Shown: positions 19,295-28,027, counted from the stretch's first letter. The stretch: DNA of 64,000 nt from an uncultured Phycisphaerales bacterium (GCA_963772725.1 CAVYYI010000004.1:160001-224000), one strand, 5' to 3'. Notes: generated from the sequence alone by a model not told the origin. Program-made: numbers and translations.

Positions 19295-19780
19295 CTAAAT
19301 GGAAGTTTTTCTTGACCTGATAATTGAAATCAAACCAATTCCCAACAATACAATTGATGCTGGTTCAGGGACAGTTACAAAATCCAGTGTATATTGAGCC
19401 GACTCGGCGAAGCTTGTTGAGCTGGTGTCGAAGACCGTAAAAGTTGCCGAAAACATTTGTCCGGGACCATCCGCTAAAGCCAGAAATTCAGTATGGTTAT
19501 GGAAGTGCCAAGCACCTAATCCACTGCTGCCGTTAGGTAGTTGTGGGTCCCAATCAGGCTTTTCAAATGCAAAAGTTGCTCCGTCTGATGTCAATATTTG
19601 CAGGGTTGTAGCCTCATCTTCCATCCAGAAGTTAACTGGGTCGGAAAAACTTATGCGTTTTAATCCTATCCTCCAGTCAGGCTGGGTAAATTCGTTGTTG
19701 AAATCCAACTGAAATAAGCCGTTTTCAGGATGGGCGGAATGCCAGCAGTCAAGCTCTGCTACATAAATTTGTTTGCTGCC
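19295..19780 (-). pseudogene. PEP-CTERM protein, 5'-truncated by IS21
   Basis: VPEPASIVLLGIGLISIIRSRK tail; the frame stays open up to the IS end at 19781 with no signal peptide; WHFHNH motif. Confidence 0.85.
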
Positions 19781-19883
19781 TGATCAGCGACAATTATTCT
19801 TACCTTCCGGCGACAGTTAAAAGTTCCGGATGAATTAAAGTTGGAATATGCTATCTGAAACTCATTAAGTCAGGAGATTTCAG

Positions 19884-21371
19884 ATGGTTAAAGACAAACA
19901 GGTAAGGAGATTGTTCGCTATGAAAAACAAATGCAAGACCTTATATCAGCTTGCAGACAAGGCTGGTATAAGCACTAAAACCGCCCGCAAGTATTTAAAA
20001 ACGGGCGTGCTGCCCAGCCAATGCCAAGCTATCCACGACTGGCCCACCCATCCGGATGCCTTTGCAGGGGATTGGCCATGGGTTGAAGAATTCCTCAAAA
20101 ACAACTCCGGTCTTGAATCTAAATCGCTTTTTGAGGCTCTGCAGCGTGAATATCCCGGTAAATACCAGGACAGCGAATTAAGAACCTTCCAGAGACGAGT
20201 AAAACAATGGAAAGCCTTGTCCGGTCCGGCTCAGGAAGTGTTTTTTCCACAAATCTATAAACCCGGCCAATGGTGCGAATCAGACTTTACCAGGATGAAT
20301 AAGCTGGGTATCACCATTTGCGGCATACCTTTTATTCACATGCTGTACCATTTTGTATTGTGTTTGTCGAACTGGGAAACCGTCACGGTATGTTTTTCAG
20401 AAAGCTATGAAAGTTTAAGTGCCGGTATTCAAAATGCCCTCTGGAAGTTAGGCGGCATACCACGCTATCATAGGACTGATAATTTAACCTGTGCGGTTAA
20501 CAAGGTAGGCAATCCTGAGGAATTCACGGCTAACTATCAGGGTCTTGCGAATCATTATGGTTTCCAAAGCTGTAAAATCCAGCCTCACTGTCCGAATGAA
20601 AACGGCGATATAGAGCAGCGTCATCACAGGTTAAAGAGAGCTGTTGAACAGGCGTTAATCCTTAGAGGAAGCAGAGATTTTAACAGCAGGAAAGATTATG
20701 AAATGTTTCTTGAAAAGCTGCTCGACCAACTCAATACCGGCCGCACAAAACTCTTGGCCGAAGAGTTAAAGGTTCTGCGGCAATTGCCAACCCGCAGGCA
20801 TGAAGATTTCACCAGGGATAAATGCAGGGTAAGTCGTGGCTGCACGGTCCGAGTTCTTAAGAACAGCTATTCTGTTCACAGCAGGCTTAGGGGAGAAAAT
20901 GTTGACGTTCGAATATATGCCGAACATATCGAAGTCTGGTATGCTCAAAGAAGAATTGAAGTATTGCCCAGATTACACGGTGAAAACGGTCATTACATCA
21001 ATTACCGCCACGTTATAGATACCCTTGTTCGCAAACCCGGGGCGTTTGAGAACTATTGCTATAAAGATGATATGTTTCCCACAAGTCAGTTCAGGATCGC
21101 ATATGATCTCCTGCGTGATCAACATGGGATGAAGCAGGGTAATAAGCAGTATCTGAAAATTCTTGAATTAGCTGCCAACGAAAGCCAGACATCTGTCAAT
21201 GAAGCTTTGCGGTTCCTGATCAACCATGCAGATGCGATTGATTTTGATATGGTAGAACAAATAGTCAAATCCGAACAACAGCCGCCGGATGTCACTGACG
21301 TTTGTGTTGGCGATATTGATCTGAACAGTTATGACTGTCTACTTGAATCGGCGGAGGCACTACTGGTATGA
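19884..21371 (+). CDS. istA: IS21 transposase IstA
   Basis: N-terminal HTH; ESDF...RTDN...NENGDIE DDE; KNSYSV; ATGA overlap with istB. Confidence 0.95.
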   Translation: MVKDKQVRRLFAMKNKCKTLYQLADKAGISTKTARKYLKTGVLPSQCQAIHDWPTHPDAFAGDWPWVEEFLKNNSGLESKSLFEALQREYPGKYQDSELRTFQRRVKQWKALSGPAQEVFFPQIYKPGQWCESDFTRMNKLGITICGIPFIHMLYHFVLCLSNWETVTVCFSESYESLSAGIQNALWKLGGIPRYHRTDNLTCAVNKVGNPEEFTANYQGLANHYGFQSCKIQPHCPNENGDIEQRHHRLKRAVEQALILRGSRDFNSRKDYEMFLEKLLDQLNTGRTKLLAEELKVLRQLPTRRHEDFTRDKCRVSRGCTVRVLKNSYSVHSRLRGENVDVRIYAEHIEVWYAQRRIEVLPRLHGENGHYINYRHVIDTLVRKPGAFENYCYKDDMFPTSQFRIAYDLLRDQHGMKQGNKQYLKILELAANESQTSVNEALRFLINHADAIDFDMVEQIVKSEQQPPDVTDVCVGDIDLNSYDCLLESAEALLV

Positions 21372-22132
21372 GTAAAAATGATCTGGATAATCAGCTTGTA
21401 AACCTTCTCAAAGAACTTCACCTGCCGATGTTCCGTGAATATTACGCCGAGTTCGCTCAGAAGGCTATCGCCGAAGATATGGGTTATTCACAATATCTAT
21501 TGGAATTGGCTCAGCGTGAGTGTGATGTTCGCAGAGCCAATAAAATCGCAAGGCTGGTAAAAGCCTCAAAGCTTCCTATGGAAAAGACCATGGCAAACTT
21601 TGATTTTAAACGTATGCCGTTGAAGATACGTCAGCAGGTCAAAATTCTTTTGGAAGGTTCATTTGTTGACAGAACAGAGAATATTCTTGCATTTGGCAAA
21701 CCCGGCAGCGGTAAGACACATTTACTGTGTGGTATCTGTCATGAACTTGCCCGGCAGGGAAAAAAGGTTTACTTTACTACGTGTGATATGATGTTGCAGG
21801 AGTTATTACGAGCCAAGCAGGAGTTGAAGCTGGACAAATGGCTCAAGAAGCTGTCACAGTACGAGGCATTGATGATAGATGACTTCGGCTATGTCAAACA
21901 GAACCGCGAGGAGATGGAGGTGCTGTTTACCTTATTAGCTCATTGTTATGAACGTGGCAGCGTGTTGATTACCAGCAATCTGCCGTTCAGTAAATGGGAA
22001 GTCATCTTTAAGGATCCGATGACCACTGCAGCAGCGATCGACCGGCTGGTACATCATAGTGTGATCCTTGAATTGAATGTACCGAGCTACCGAGCTGAGG
22101 AAGCTCAGAGACGGAAAAATAAGGACACGTAA
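21368..22132 (+). CDS. istB: IS21 helper ATPase IstB
   Basis: Same protein sequence as 645-1409. Confidence 0.95.
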   Translation: MSKNDLDNQLVNLLKELHLPMFREYYAEFAQKAIAEDMGYSQYLLELAQRECDVRRANKIARLVKASKLPMEKTMANFDFKRMPLKIRQQVKILLEGSFVDRTENILAFGKPGSGKTHLLCGICHELARQGKKVYFTTCDMMLQELLRAKQELKLDKWLKKLSQYEALMIDDFGYVKQNREEMEVLFTLLAHCYERGSVLITSNLPFSKWEVIFKDPMTTAAAIDRLVHHSVILELNVPSYRAEEAQRRKNKDT

Positions 22133-22251
22133 TGTCCGAAATTTTGCCCCCCATGGGGGGCACCTCCTAAAGGCTATAAGCTAAGGTAAGTGTTATGAAG
22201 TAACGGTAAAAATAACTGTCGTTGAAGGGAAATTATAATTGACGCCGGACA

Positions 22252-22346
22252 TCTCCCTGCTGTATGCTGTAAAGAGCAAGTCTTAATGTATTGAAAACTG
22301 TCTCAGGTTCGGTTTGAGTAATAATGATACCAAGTTTCATAAACAT
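22252..22346 (-). pseudogene. DsrE-like protein N-terminal fragment cut by IS21
   Basis: AAGGAG RBS, then MFMKLGIIITQTEPETVFNTLRLALYSIQQG, running into the IS end. Confidence 0.65.
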
Positions 22347-22498
22347 CAATCTCCTTTCCGGCAGCAATCATCTGATGTGCACGGATGCTCTTTGACATCG
22401 CCGTGACATTCTTGGATTTGTTCGGGCGTACATTTCTCCGGCATCTCTTTCAGGTTTTGTGGTTTTTTACAACCTTGTTTTTCATTAAAGCAGCACAT
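22346..22498 (-). CDS. Small Cys/His-rich protein (50 aa)
   Basis: MCCFNEKQGCKKPQNLKEMPEKCTPEQIQECHGDVKEHPCTSDDCCRKGD; AAGGA RBS; its stop overlaps the next start. Confidence 0.65.
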   Translation of the reverse strand: MCCFNEKQGCKKPQNLKEMPEKCTPEQIQECHGDVKEHPCTSDDCCRKGD

Positions 22499-22809
22499 TT
22501 TAGGGTTCCTTTCTTTGTTGTACCGACCCCTGATTTGGGGTCCAGCAGTTCTTCTATTGCCTCTTGCCACACGGCAAGAGTTTTTTCATTCAGACGGTAG
22601 TGGACGTAATAACCTCGCTTCTCATCAATCACCAGCCCCACGTCACGCATTACCCTTAGATGCTGCGAAATCGCTCCAGGTGTCACGTCTAATCGAGTAG
22701 CCAAGGCATTAACACATAATGCTCGACCTTTTAAAAGCCGGAGTATTTCTACCCTGGTTTCGACCGAGAGAACTTTCAGTAACCGTGCCGTGTTTTTATT
22801 ATCAAACAT
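22450..22809 (-). CDS. ArsR/SmtB-family transcriptional regulator
   Basis: LKVLSVETRVEIL..L...LCVNALA..L..T..AISQHLRVMRDVGLV...KRG.YVHY. Confidence 0.92.
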   Translation of the reverse strand: MFDNKNTARLLKVLSVETRVEILRLLKGRALCVNALATRLDVTPGAISQHLRVMRDVGLVIDEKRGYYVHYRLNEKTLAVWQEAIEELLDPKSGVGTTKKGTLKCAALMKNKVVKNHKT

Positions 22810-22856
22810 ATTTTAGTACCCGCTAAAATACTATAATAAATCTCACTTACTGTCAA
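22809..22856 (-). promoter_or_regulatory. arsR promoter and palindromic operator
   Basis: TTGACA-N17-TAGTAT on the - strand; inverted repeat TATTTTAG-N6-CTAAAATA (22809-22830) abutting the start codon. Confidence 0.65.
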
Positions 22857-23091
22857 GCCGAATTTTCAAATGTTGTGTGCCTAGAGCAGAACAGAATGGT
22901 GGATGACTTTTGAGTATTGGTCATACAATCAAAAAATGCTTTTTGAGGAGTTGGGAAGTTATTTTTGTAACCACTGTTCTATGGGTAACTGGTATATAAT
23001 ACTGTGTACCCAGCAGCATATAGCTGTCGCTACAATGTGATGAAAAACCGCAGCCAGAAAAGCTGCTGCGGTGAAAAGGAAATAAAAGAAC

Positions 23092-23295
23092 TCACCGGTG
23101 TGAGGGAAAGAATATAATCCTTTTTGCTTCCTTGTCGATAGCCAGACATAACTTCGGATTCTCGAACATAGGCAAATACTCGTTGCCTTCCTCATCCGAT
23201 GACAGCCAGACGTGGTAGTCATCGCTGATTTCATTTCCAATTTCATTCAAAAGCTTCTTCAGGGAAGCAACTGTCATAATATTTTGTTTAGCCAA
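23092..23295 (-). CDS. Hypothetical protein
   Basis: GGAGGTG RBS before TTG; WLSSDEEGNEY motif. Confidence 0.7.
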   Translation of the reverse strand: MAKQNIMTVASLKKLLNEIGNEISDDYHVWLSSDEEGNEYLPMFENPKLCLAIDKEAKRIIFFPSHR

Positions 23296-23310
23296 TTTTA
23301 TCACCTCCAA

Positions 23311-23970
23311 TCAGCCAACGGGCTCTAAAACTTTAATTGTTTTGGGCACAAGAATCTCTTCTTCTGCGATGCGATAATTCTTACAGAGATCAAGATACTC
23401 CATGACAATGCCATCGCATAACCTGTCAAAATCCTGCACCAACTCAACACGTTCTCGAATTTCACTCAACGTCCAATCTTCAAAATCTTCGTATTCATCA
23501 ACACTTTTACCAGGCCAGGTGAAGACCTGCATATGCGTCTGTTTAAAATTTACTCTTGCCTTGGCATCGCATCTACCGCAAATACCAATTTGGCCTTCCG
23601 ATACTGCCTCATAGTTTTTCTGGCCACAGTGCGTACAATAGCTTTTGTAGCCGCTGGGTTTTATGCCGCCCCTGTAAAGGACAACATAGCCACCGCTTCT
23701 GCCGTTAATTCCTGCCTGCCATTGCCATTCATGCCTTCTACCGAAATCTTCAAGCATGTCGCTTAGTTTTTCCTGCCATTGGGTCAGCCCAATCATTTCC
23801 CACCACGTCTCTTCGTCTACATCATCAGGCTTGTCAATGTTGTATAGCTTGATGTTATTTGCGTAGCTGGTCGATTTGTTCCAGCTGTTCATTGTGTTAT
23901 ACCGGAAATGTTTTTTCAGAAATTTGACCATCGATTCTCTGTATCTTTTATCAACTTCTTTGTAATACAT
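23311..23970 (-). CDS. Hypothetical protein with internal zinc ribbon
   Basis: GAGGTG RBS; CTHC...CGRC. Confidence 0.8.
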   Translation of the reverse strand: MYYKEVDKRYRESMVKFLKKHFRYNTMNSWNKSTSYANNIKLYNIDKPDDVDEETWWEMIGLTQWQEKLSDMLEDFGRRHEWQWQAGINGRSGGYVVLYRGGIKPSGYKSYCTHCGQKNYEAVSEGQIGICGRCDAKARVNFKQTHMQVFTWPGKSVDEYEDFEDWTLSEIRERVELVQDFDRLCDGIVMEYLDLCKNYRIAEEEILVPKTIKVLEPVG

Positions 23971-23987
23971 TTTGTCACCTCATCTTT

Positions 23988-24260
23988 CTAATCCATAATT
24001 AAAGCACCTTTTTTTATCGCCTCGCCTATATTGGTATAGGCACTGTCAAGAATCTGGCTTTCAGTTAATTCCTGCTCGCTGTCATCAATGAGATTCAGCA
24101 CATAGAAACTGTTGTCATCTGGGTAATACCTGATGTGCTTGGAGCTTCTCAGACCTCCATTTAGCAGGATGAAACAATCCAGTCCGTTTTCATCCTTTGC
24201 CAGCTCTTTCAACTGCATAATTGTTTTTATCCGTCTATCTTTTGTTTTTTGGTTTGTCAT
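23988..24260 (-). CDS. Hypothetical protein
   Basis: GAGGTG RBS before ATG ~24260; co-oriented with the array. Confidence 0.7.
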   Translation of the reverse strand: MTNQKTKDRRIKTIMQLKELAKDENGLDCFILLNGGLRSSKHIRYYPDDNSFYVLNLIDDSEQELTESQILDSAYTNIGEAIKKGALIMD

Positions 24261-24284
24261 ATTGCACCTCATTTAATAAAAGTG

Positions 24285-24318
24285 GCTTAGCGATAGCCAA
24301 ACATTGCTATCGCTAAGC
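24285..24318 (-). terminator. Perfect 13-bp hairpin directly after the E1 gene
   Basis: GCTTAGCGATAGC-N8-GCTATCGCTAAGC, followed by CACTTTTATT on the - strand. Confidence 0.6.
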
Positions 24319-24329
24319 TCTGGTTAATA

Positions 24330-24983
24330 TTAACAGACACCGACATTAATTTCCGAAGCCAGCAGGTTAATCTGGATATCAGGATCAACCGGCAGCAGCC
24401 GAAGGTACTTGGTAAACTGTGCCAGCATGAAGCCCGCTGCGATATTGGCACAGTAGATCGTAGTTTTTGCTGTGCAGGGGCCTGCCTGGGCTTGTTCAGC
24501 GGCAAAGAGTGTCTGGGGATAATACATTCTGCTCTTTTCATCACAGGCGGTTATTACCCGCAGGACTTCAGCAGACATCCGTCCATCGACAAAGAAATTT
24601 GCCTTGTCCTTTACAGCATCCCAGATGTGTTTGCGTGTCTCTATTTTATCGACACAGCAGAAAACACAATTGCCGACAAGAGCCGAACGTTTAAATCGCT
24701 CATTAATTGTATAAAGCTCAAGTTTCGGATTTATCTGGTGACATATATCAGCCGTTGCATGTACTTTGAAACGTGTTAAATCATCTTCAAAGTATCCCTG
24801 GCTGGCAATGTTGCTTTCTTCGACAACATCATGGTCGAAAAGCTGCATCCATGGCAATCCAATAGCCGCAAGCTGCGATGCGACTTGCCTTCCAATCGCG
24901 CCAACACCAATCACGGTTGCTTTACAGTCAAGTATTCGCTCTCTTGGCACGATATCAGCCTGTCTTGAAAATCTGTCATCCAT
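24330..24983 (-). CDS. E1-like ThiF-family adenylyltransferase
   Basis: RFSRQ; VIGVGAIG; DHDVVEESNIASQ; K..A; CVDKIETR; DGRM; GPCT candidate catalytic Cys. Confidence 0.92.
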   Translation of the reverse strand: MDDRFSRQADIVPRERILDCKATVIGVGAIGRQVASQLAAIGLPWMQLFDHDVVEESNIASQGYFEDDLTRFKVHATADICHQINPKLELYTINERFKRSALVGNCVFCCVDKIETRKHIWDAVKDKANFFVDGRMSAEVLRVITACDEKSRMYYPQTLFAAEQAQAGPCTAKTTIYCANIAAGFMLAQFTKYLRLLPVDPDIQINLLASEINVGVC

Positions 24984-25734
24984 AGAACACCTCGCTTTCT
25001 TCATCCCAGAAATCACTTTTAATTGCTAATTCTTCCATGAACATCTCGCGTTCAAGAGGCTCCATTCGGTCAATCTCGGAAAGCAAATCCTCACTTGAAA
25101 ACAATGGAACCTTGCTGAAATTTTCGTTGCCAAACAGTTCAACTTCCTTTTGCTGATTGGCAGCAGGTTGTTTTGGCTTGTCTGCCTGTTTGAAAACTTC
25201 ATCTTCGGTGACATTAGCTTTGTACTGCTGCTTCCAGAGTTCAAAGTTTGCAGCTTCAAATTCACAGCCGTAATCAACATAGACTGGAATCTTTACCTCG
25301 CCACCTGGGCCGACATTGAATCTTAGCCTTGCAAAAGTACCGCCATCCTGTGCCACAATGCACATTACAGACCAGTCGCACTTTCCAAAGACTCTGGCAA
25401 AAGTTGCTTCATCAGTCATGCTCGGTTCAGAAGAATTGCCAGGATGGGTATGCAGCCAGATGCGGGCGAACTGTTCCGGTTTTCTGCCGGCGGCGACCTG
25501 ATCCTCAAAAAAATCGGCTACAGATTCATCTGCAAAAGCAACTGATACCCCGCTAACCTTCTGTTTAACAAGGGCAAAATCTGTAACAAACAGTAAATCG
25601 TCAGCCTCTGTTATCCCAAATCCGCCGATTTCATTATCCGTCATGTCACGCATGAACAATAGTTTCGCCCAGGCTGTCGGACTGAACCGCAGCATCGGCT
25701 TTTGGTTCTTCTGAGAGTTGTTCCTGTTCTTCAT
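24976..25734 (-). CDS. JAB/MPN+ (JAMM) metalloisopeptidase; start may instead be 25695
   Basis: NEIGGFG Glu and WLHTHPGNSSEPSMTD (HxH-x7-S-x2-D); acidic C-terminal tail. Confidence 0.88.
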   Translation of the reverse strand: MKNRNNSQKNQKPMLRFSPTAWAKLLFMRDMTDNEIGGFGITEADDLLFVTDFALVKQKVSGVSVAFADESVADFFEDQVAAGRKPEQFARIWLHTHPGNSSEPSMTDEATFARVFGKCDWSVMCIVAQDGGTFARLRFNVGPGGEVKIPVYVDYGCEFEAANFELWKQQYKANVTEDEVFKQADKPKQPAANQQKEVELFGNENFSKVPLFSSEDLLSEIDRMEPLEREMFMEELAIKSDFWDEESEVFYG

Positions 25735-26701
25735 TTTCGTTTTCCTTTCTCTGCTCTTGGCAGTTTTGACATAATCCTTCTTCATCTAAGCAATCCTTAC
25801 AGAACGTTCGTTCACAATCTTCACATTTAGCGGTACAGTTATGACAGACCGGCTCGTTGCATGAGGGACACTCATAAGCACACCCAAGACAAATTGTGGT
25901 ATCACACTTTTGGCAATAGGTGCTGCAACTCTGAGCAGTAATCCCTGTCGCAATATTCACAATAGTAGTGGTCATCGTCTGACACGGTGCAGCCGCAGTC
26001 ATAGCAGGATGTGCCTTCCCAGTCGTCCAATGAAATGTATGGACTATCGGGGTTGTAGGTCTGCAGGATATTTACGGCCATTGTGAAAAAATCACAGAAT
26101 CGACCCTGTTCTATGGCACTTCTAATAGCAACATGGCCATCGCCTTCGCATAGTCTTTCGTCGCTTACATGCGGATGGGTGACACTGTCGTTTGAACCTG
26201 CAGGATTCGGCTCTAAGGCAATTATCCTGAAGGGAGCATCGCTATAGAGCTTGCTTATCTGGTCAATAGACAGTTTTACTTCAAATGGCCCAAATGGAAT
26301 ATTTTCCAGAGTGATCGGCTCTGTTGTTATAGAGAGAGCTTTTTCATTCGAATCGAATTTTATCTCGCCGAATTCCTGCTCTATTTGGGTAAGCTCTGCA
26401 TAAATTCAGAAAGTTTTGGCAGTGCTGTTTCATCAGCGTTGACAAGCTCTTTGAACTTTTGCAGGTAATATGAAAAATCGTTGAGGTTCCTGTTTATCCT
26501 CGATCTGATATTGTCCGCACCGGTTAACCAGCCTTTTTCAATCGCTCTATGAAAAAGATGGGAGTTTTTTGTCGCATCAGAGCACCTGATGCCAAAATCC
26601 TCCATTACATTTTGAATCTGCCGCAATTTTGCCTTTTGAAGCTCATACAAGCTGTCCAGCAGCAGGTTTGACAGCCGTATAAAATTTTTTTGTTTTTCCA
26701 T
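25646..26701 (-). CDS. E2(UBC)-like domain fused to a multi-CxxC zinc-finger tail; two 1-bp frameshifts (~26403, ~25926)
   Basis: The manually joined middle frame reads ...PFGPFEVKL...VTHPHVSDERLCEGDG...ILQTYNPDSPY..., followed by about 10 CxxC pairs. Confidence 0.75.
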
Positions 26702-26721
26702 AAAATTTTCCTTGCGCATAA

Positions 26722-26759
26722 AAAGGCCTCCGCCTATAATCAAAATAAGCAGAGGCCTT
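26722..26759 (-). terminator. Hairpin plus U-tract between the Ubl and E2 genes
   Basis: AAGGCCTC...GAGGCCTT stem ending in a T-run on the - strand. Confidence 0.55.
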
Positions 26760-26778
26760 ACGGTTAATAATTCCGTGG

Positions 26779-27024
26779 TTACGCGGTCTGCTGACCCAAT
26801 CGGCAAGCCGCACCTTCTATCTTGGTCGGGGTGATTGTTACGCGGTCGCCTTCCTGCAAACAGTAGTCCTTTGGAACAGGCTGGCGGTTGACACGAATCA
26901 AGTAATCTGAAGATTCTCTTCCTTCCATCTTGATTGTGAAAAACTGCTCAACTGTTGTTCCATCGGCAACGTTCACATAATCAGCAAACCCAGCGCCATC
27001 ATTGTTTACAAATAAAATTCTCAT
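26779..27024 (-). CDS. Ubiquitin-like (ThiS/MoaD beta-grasp) protein with a C-terminal extension
   Basis: GAAAGGA RBS; ..GTTVEQFF...YLIRVNRQPV..DY.LQEGDRVTITPTKIEG + AACRLGQQTA. Confidence 0.85.
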   Translation of the reverse strand: MRILFVNNDGAGFADYVNVADGTTVEQFFTIKMEGRESSDYLIRVNRQPVPKDYCLQEGDRVTITPTKIEGAACRLGQQTA

Positions 27025-27250
27025 TGTAATTTTCCTTTCGATAAATTTGTTAATAGTTTGTTTTGTTTCAATACATTTGTTTTTACAATCTGTCAGCAAT
27101 ACTGCTGAGGCGGACTGCGCGCATAGAATCTCTTCTTTCGCATAATGTTTCCTTTCGATTAAAAAATTAGAGATGTGTACTTACGATTGGTTTGTTACAA
27201 CGCTGGTGTATTTAGCGATAGCATCTTTTGCCTGCTGTATTTCCTCAACA

Positions 27251-27661
27251 TCACGAAATGTTTATCTGATTATCCAAACGGTAGAGCAAATCCGTTGTAT
27301 AAGAGGTCAATACCTTGCAGGCTTCCAGTAAGTCTGCTGCCGAATTGGCAATTCTGGTTGTCATCAATTCATCCGGCAACTCTGGAATACTGTGTAACGT
27401 AATTTGCGTCTTTATCCATTCATCAACAGTTGTTTCCTGAACACTCTTGATCTTGAGCCTGATACAGCCGCAGATAAATTCAAATTCATCAGGGTTGTCT
27501 GTATTATGATCCTGCGGTTCATCGCTGTCATCGTACCAGTGTTGAAAATAGTCCCTGGCTATCTGCCGGGCATGTTTAATGTTCCTGGCAGCAATCAGCT
27601 TACTTTGAGAGTATTCCTGCTCGCCGTTGTATTCGGTTGCTTGTACTTCATATAGTTTCAT
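27251..27661 (-). CDS. Hypothetical protein (3' end possibly frameshifted)
   Basis: AGGAGG RBS; 136-aa ORF. Confidence 0.7.
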   Translation of the reverse strand: MKLYEVQATEYNGEQEYSQSKLIAARNIKHARQIARDYFQHWYDDSDEPQDHNTDNPDEFEFICGCIRLKIKSVQETTVDEWIKTQITLHSIPELPDELMTTRIANSAADLLEACKVLTSYTTDLLYRLDNQINIS

Positions 27662-27974
27662 GGTTTATATCCTCCTTGTATTTGTTGTTTGGATTTGCAC
27701 TTGCGGCTCGAAGAGCCTGCAATACTGTCTCTACATCTTCTCTTGCCCGCTCCATAACCCGGATTGCTCCATCAAAGGTGCTTTCACCACCCTCGACAAT
27801 TTCAACTACCATAAACTTGAACAAACCGTCTCCAATGTTGTCACCGGTTACTTTTGTCAGCAAGTCTTGCAAGCTGCGGCAATCTTGTTCGGGGTCGATA
27901 GGCAGTAGGTCAGCATGCGGATAAGCATCATAGATTACGCGAGCGATATTGATTTCCTTTTGGGTTTTGGTCAT
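27648..27974 (-). CDS. Hypothetical protein
   Basis: GAAAGGT RBS before MTKTQKEI. Confidence 0.7.
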   Translation of the reverse strand: MTKTQKEINIARVIYDAYPHADLLPIDPEQDCRSLQDLLTKVTGDNIGDGLFKFMVVEIVEGGESTFDGAIRVMERAREDVETVLQALRAASANPNNKYKEDINHETI

Positions 27975-28027
27975 AAATTTACCTTTCAAAATTTACATGG
28001 TTTCTGGTTTACGGATACGATGTGATA

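Larger units (their letters stand above)
19781..22251 (+). mobile_element. IS21-family insertion sequence, copy 2 (2471 bp, intact)
   Basis: Same terminal IRs as copy 1 in opposite orientation; no target-site duplication visible. Confidence 0.95.

Noticed and set aside
24330..27024. Thiamine or molybdopterin biosynthesis (thiF/thiS, moeB/moaD)
   Set aside because: No thiG, moaE or cysteine synthase nearby; E2-like and JAB genes lie between Ubl and E1; the Ubl lacks a terminal GG.
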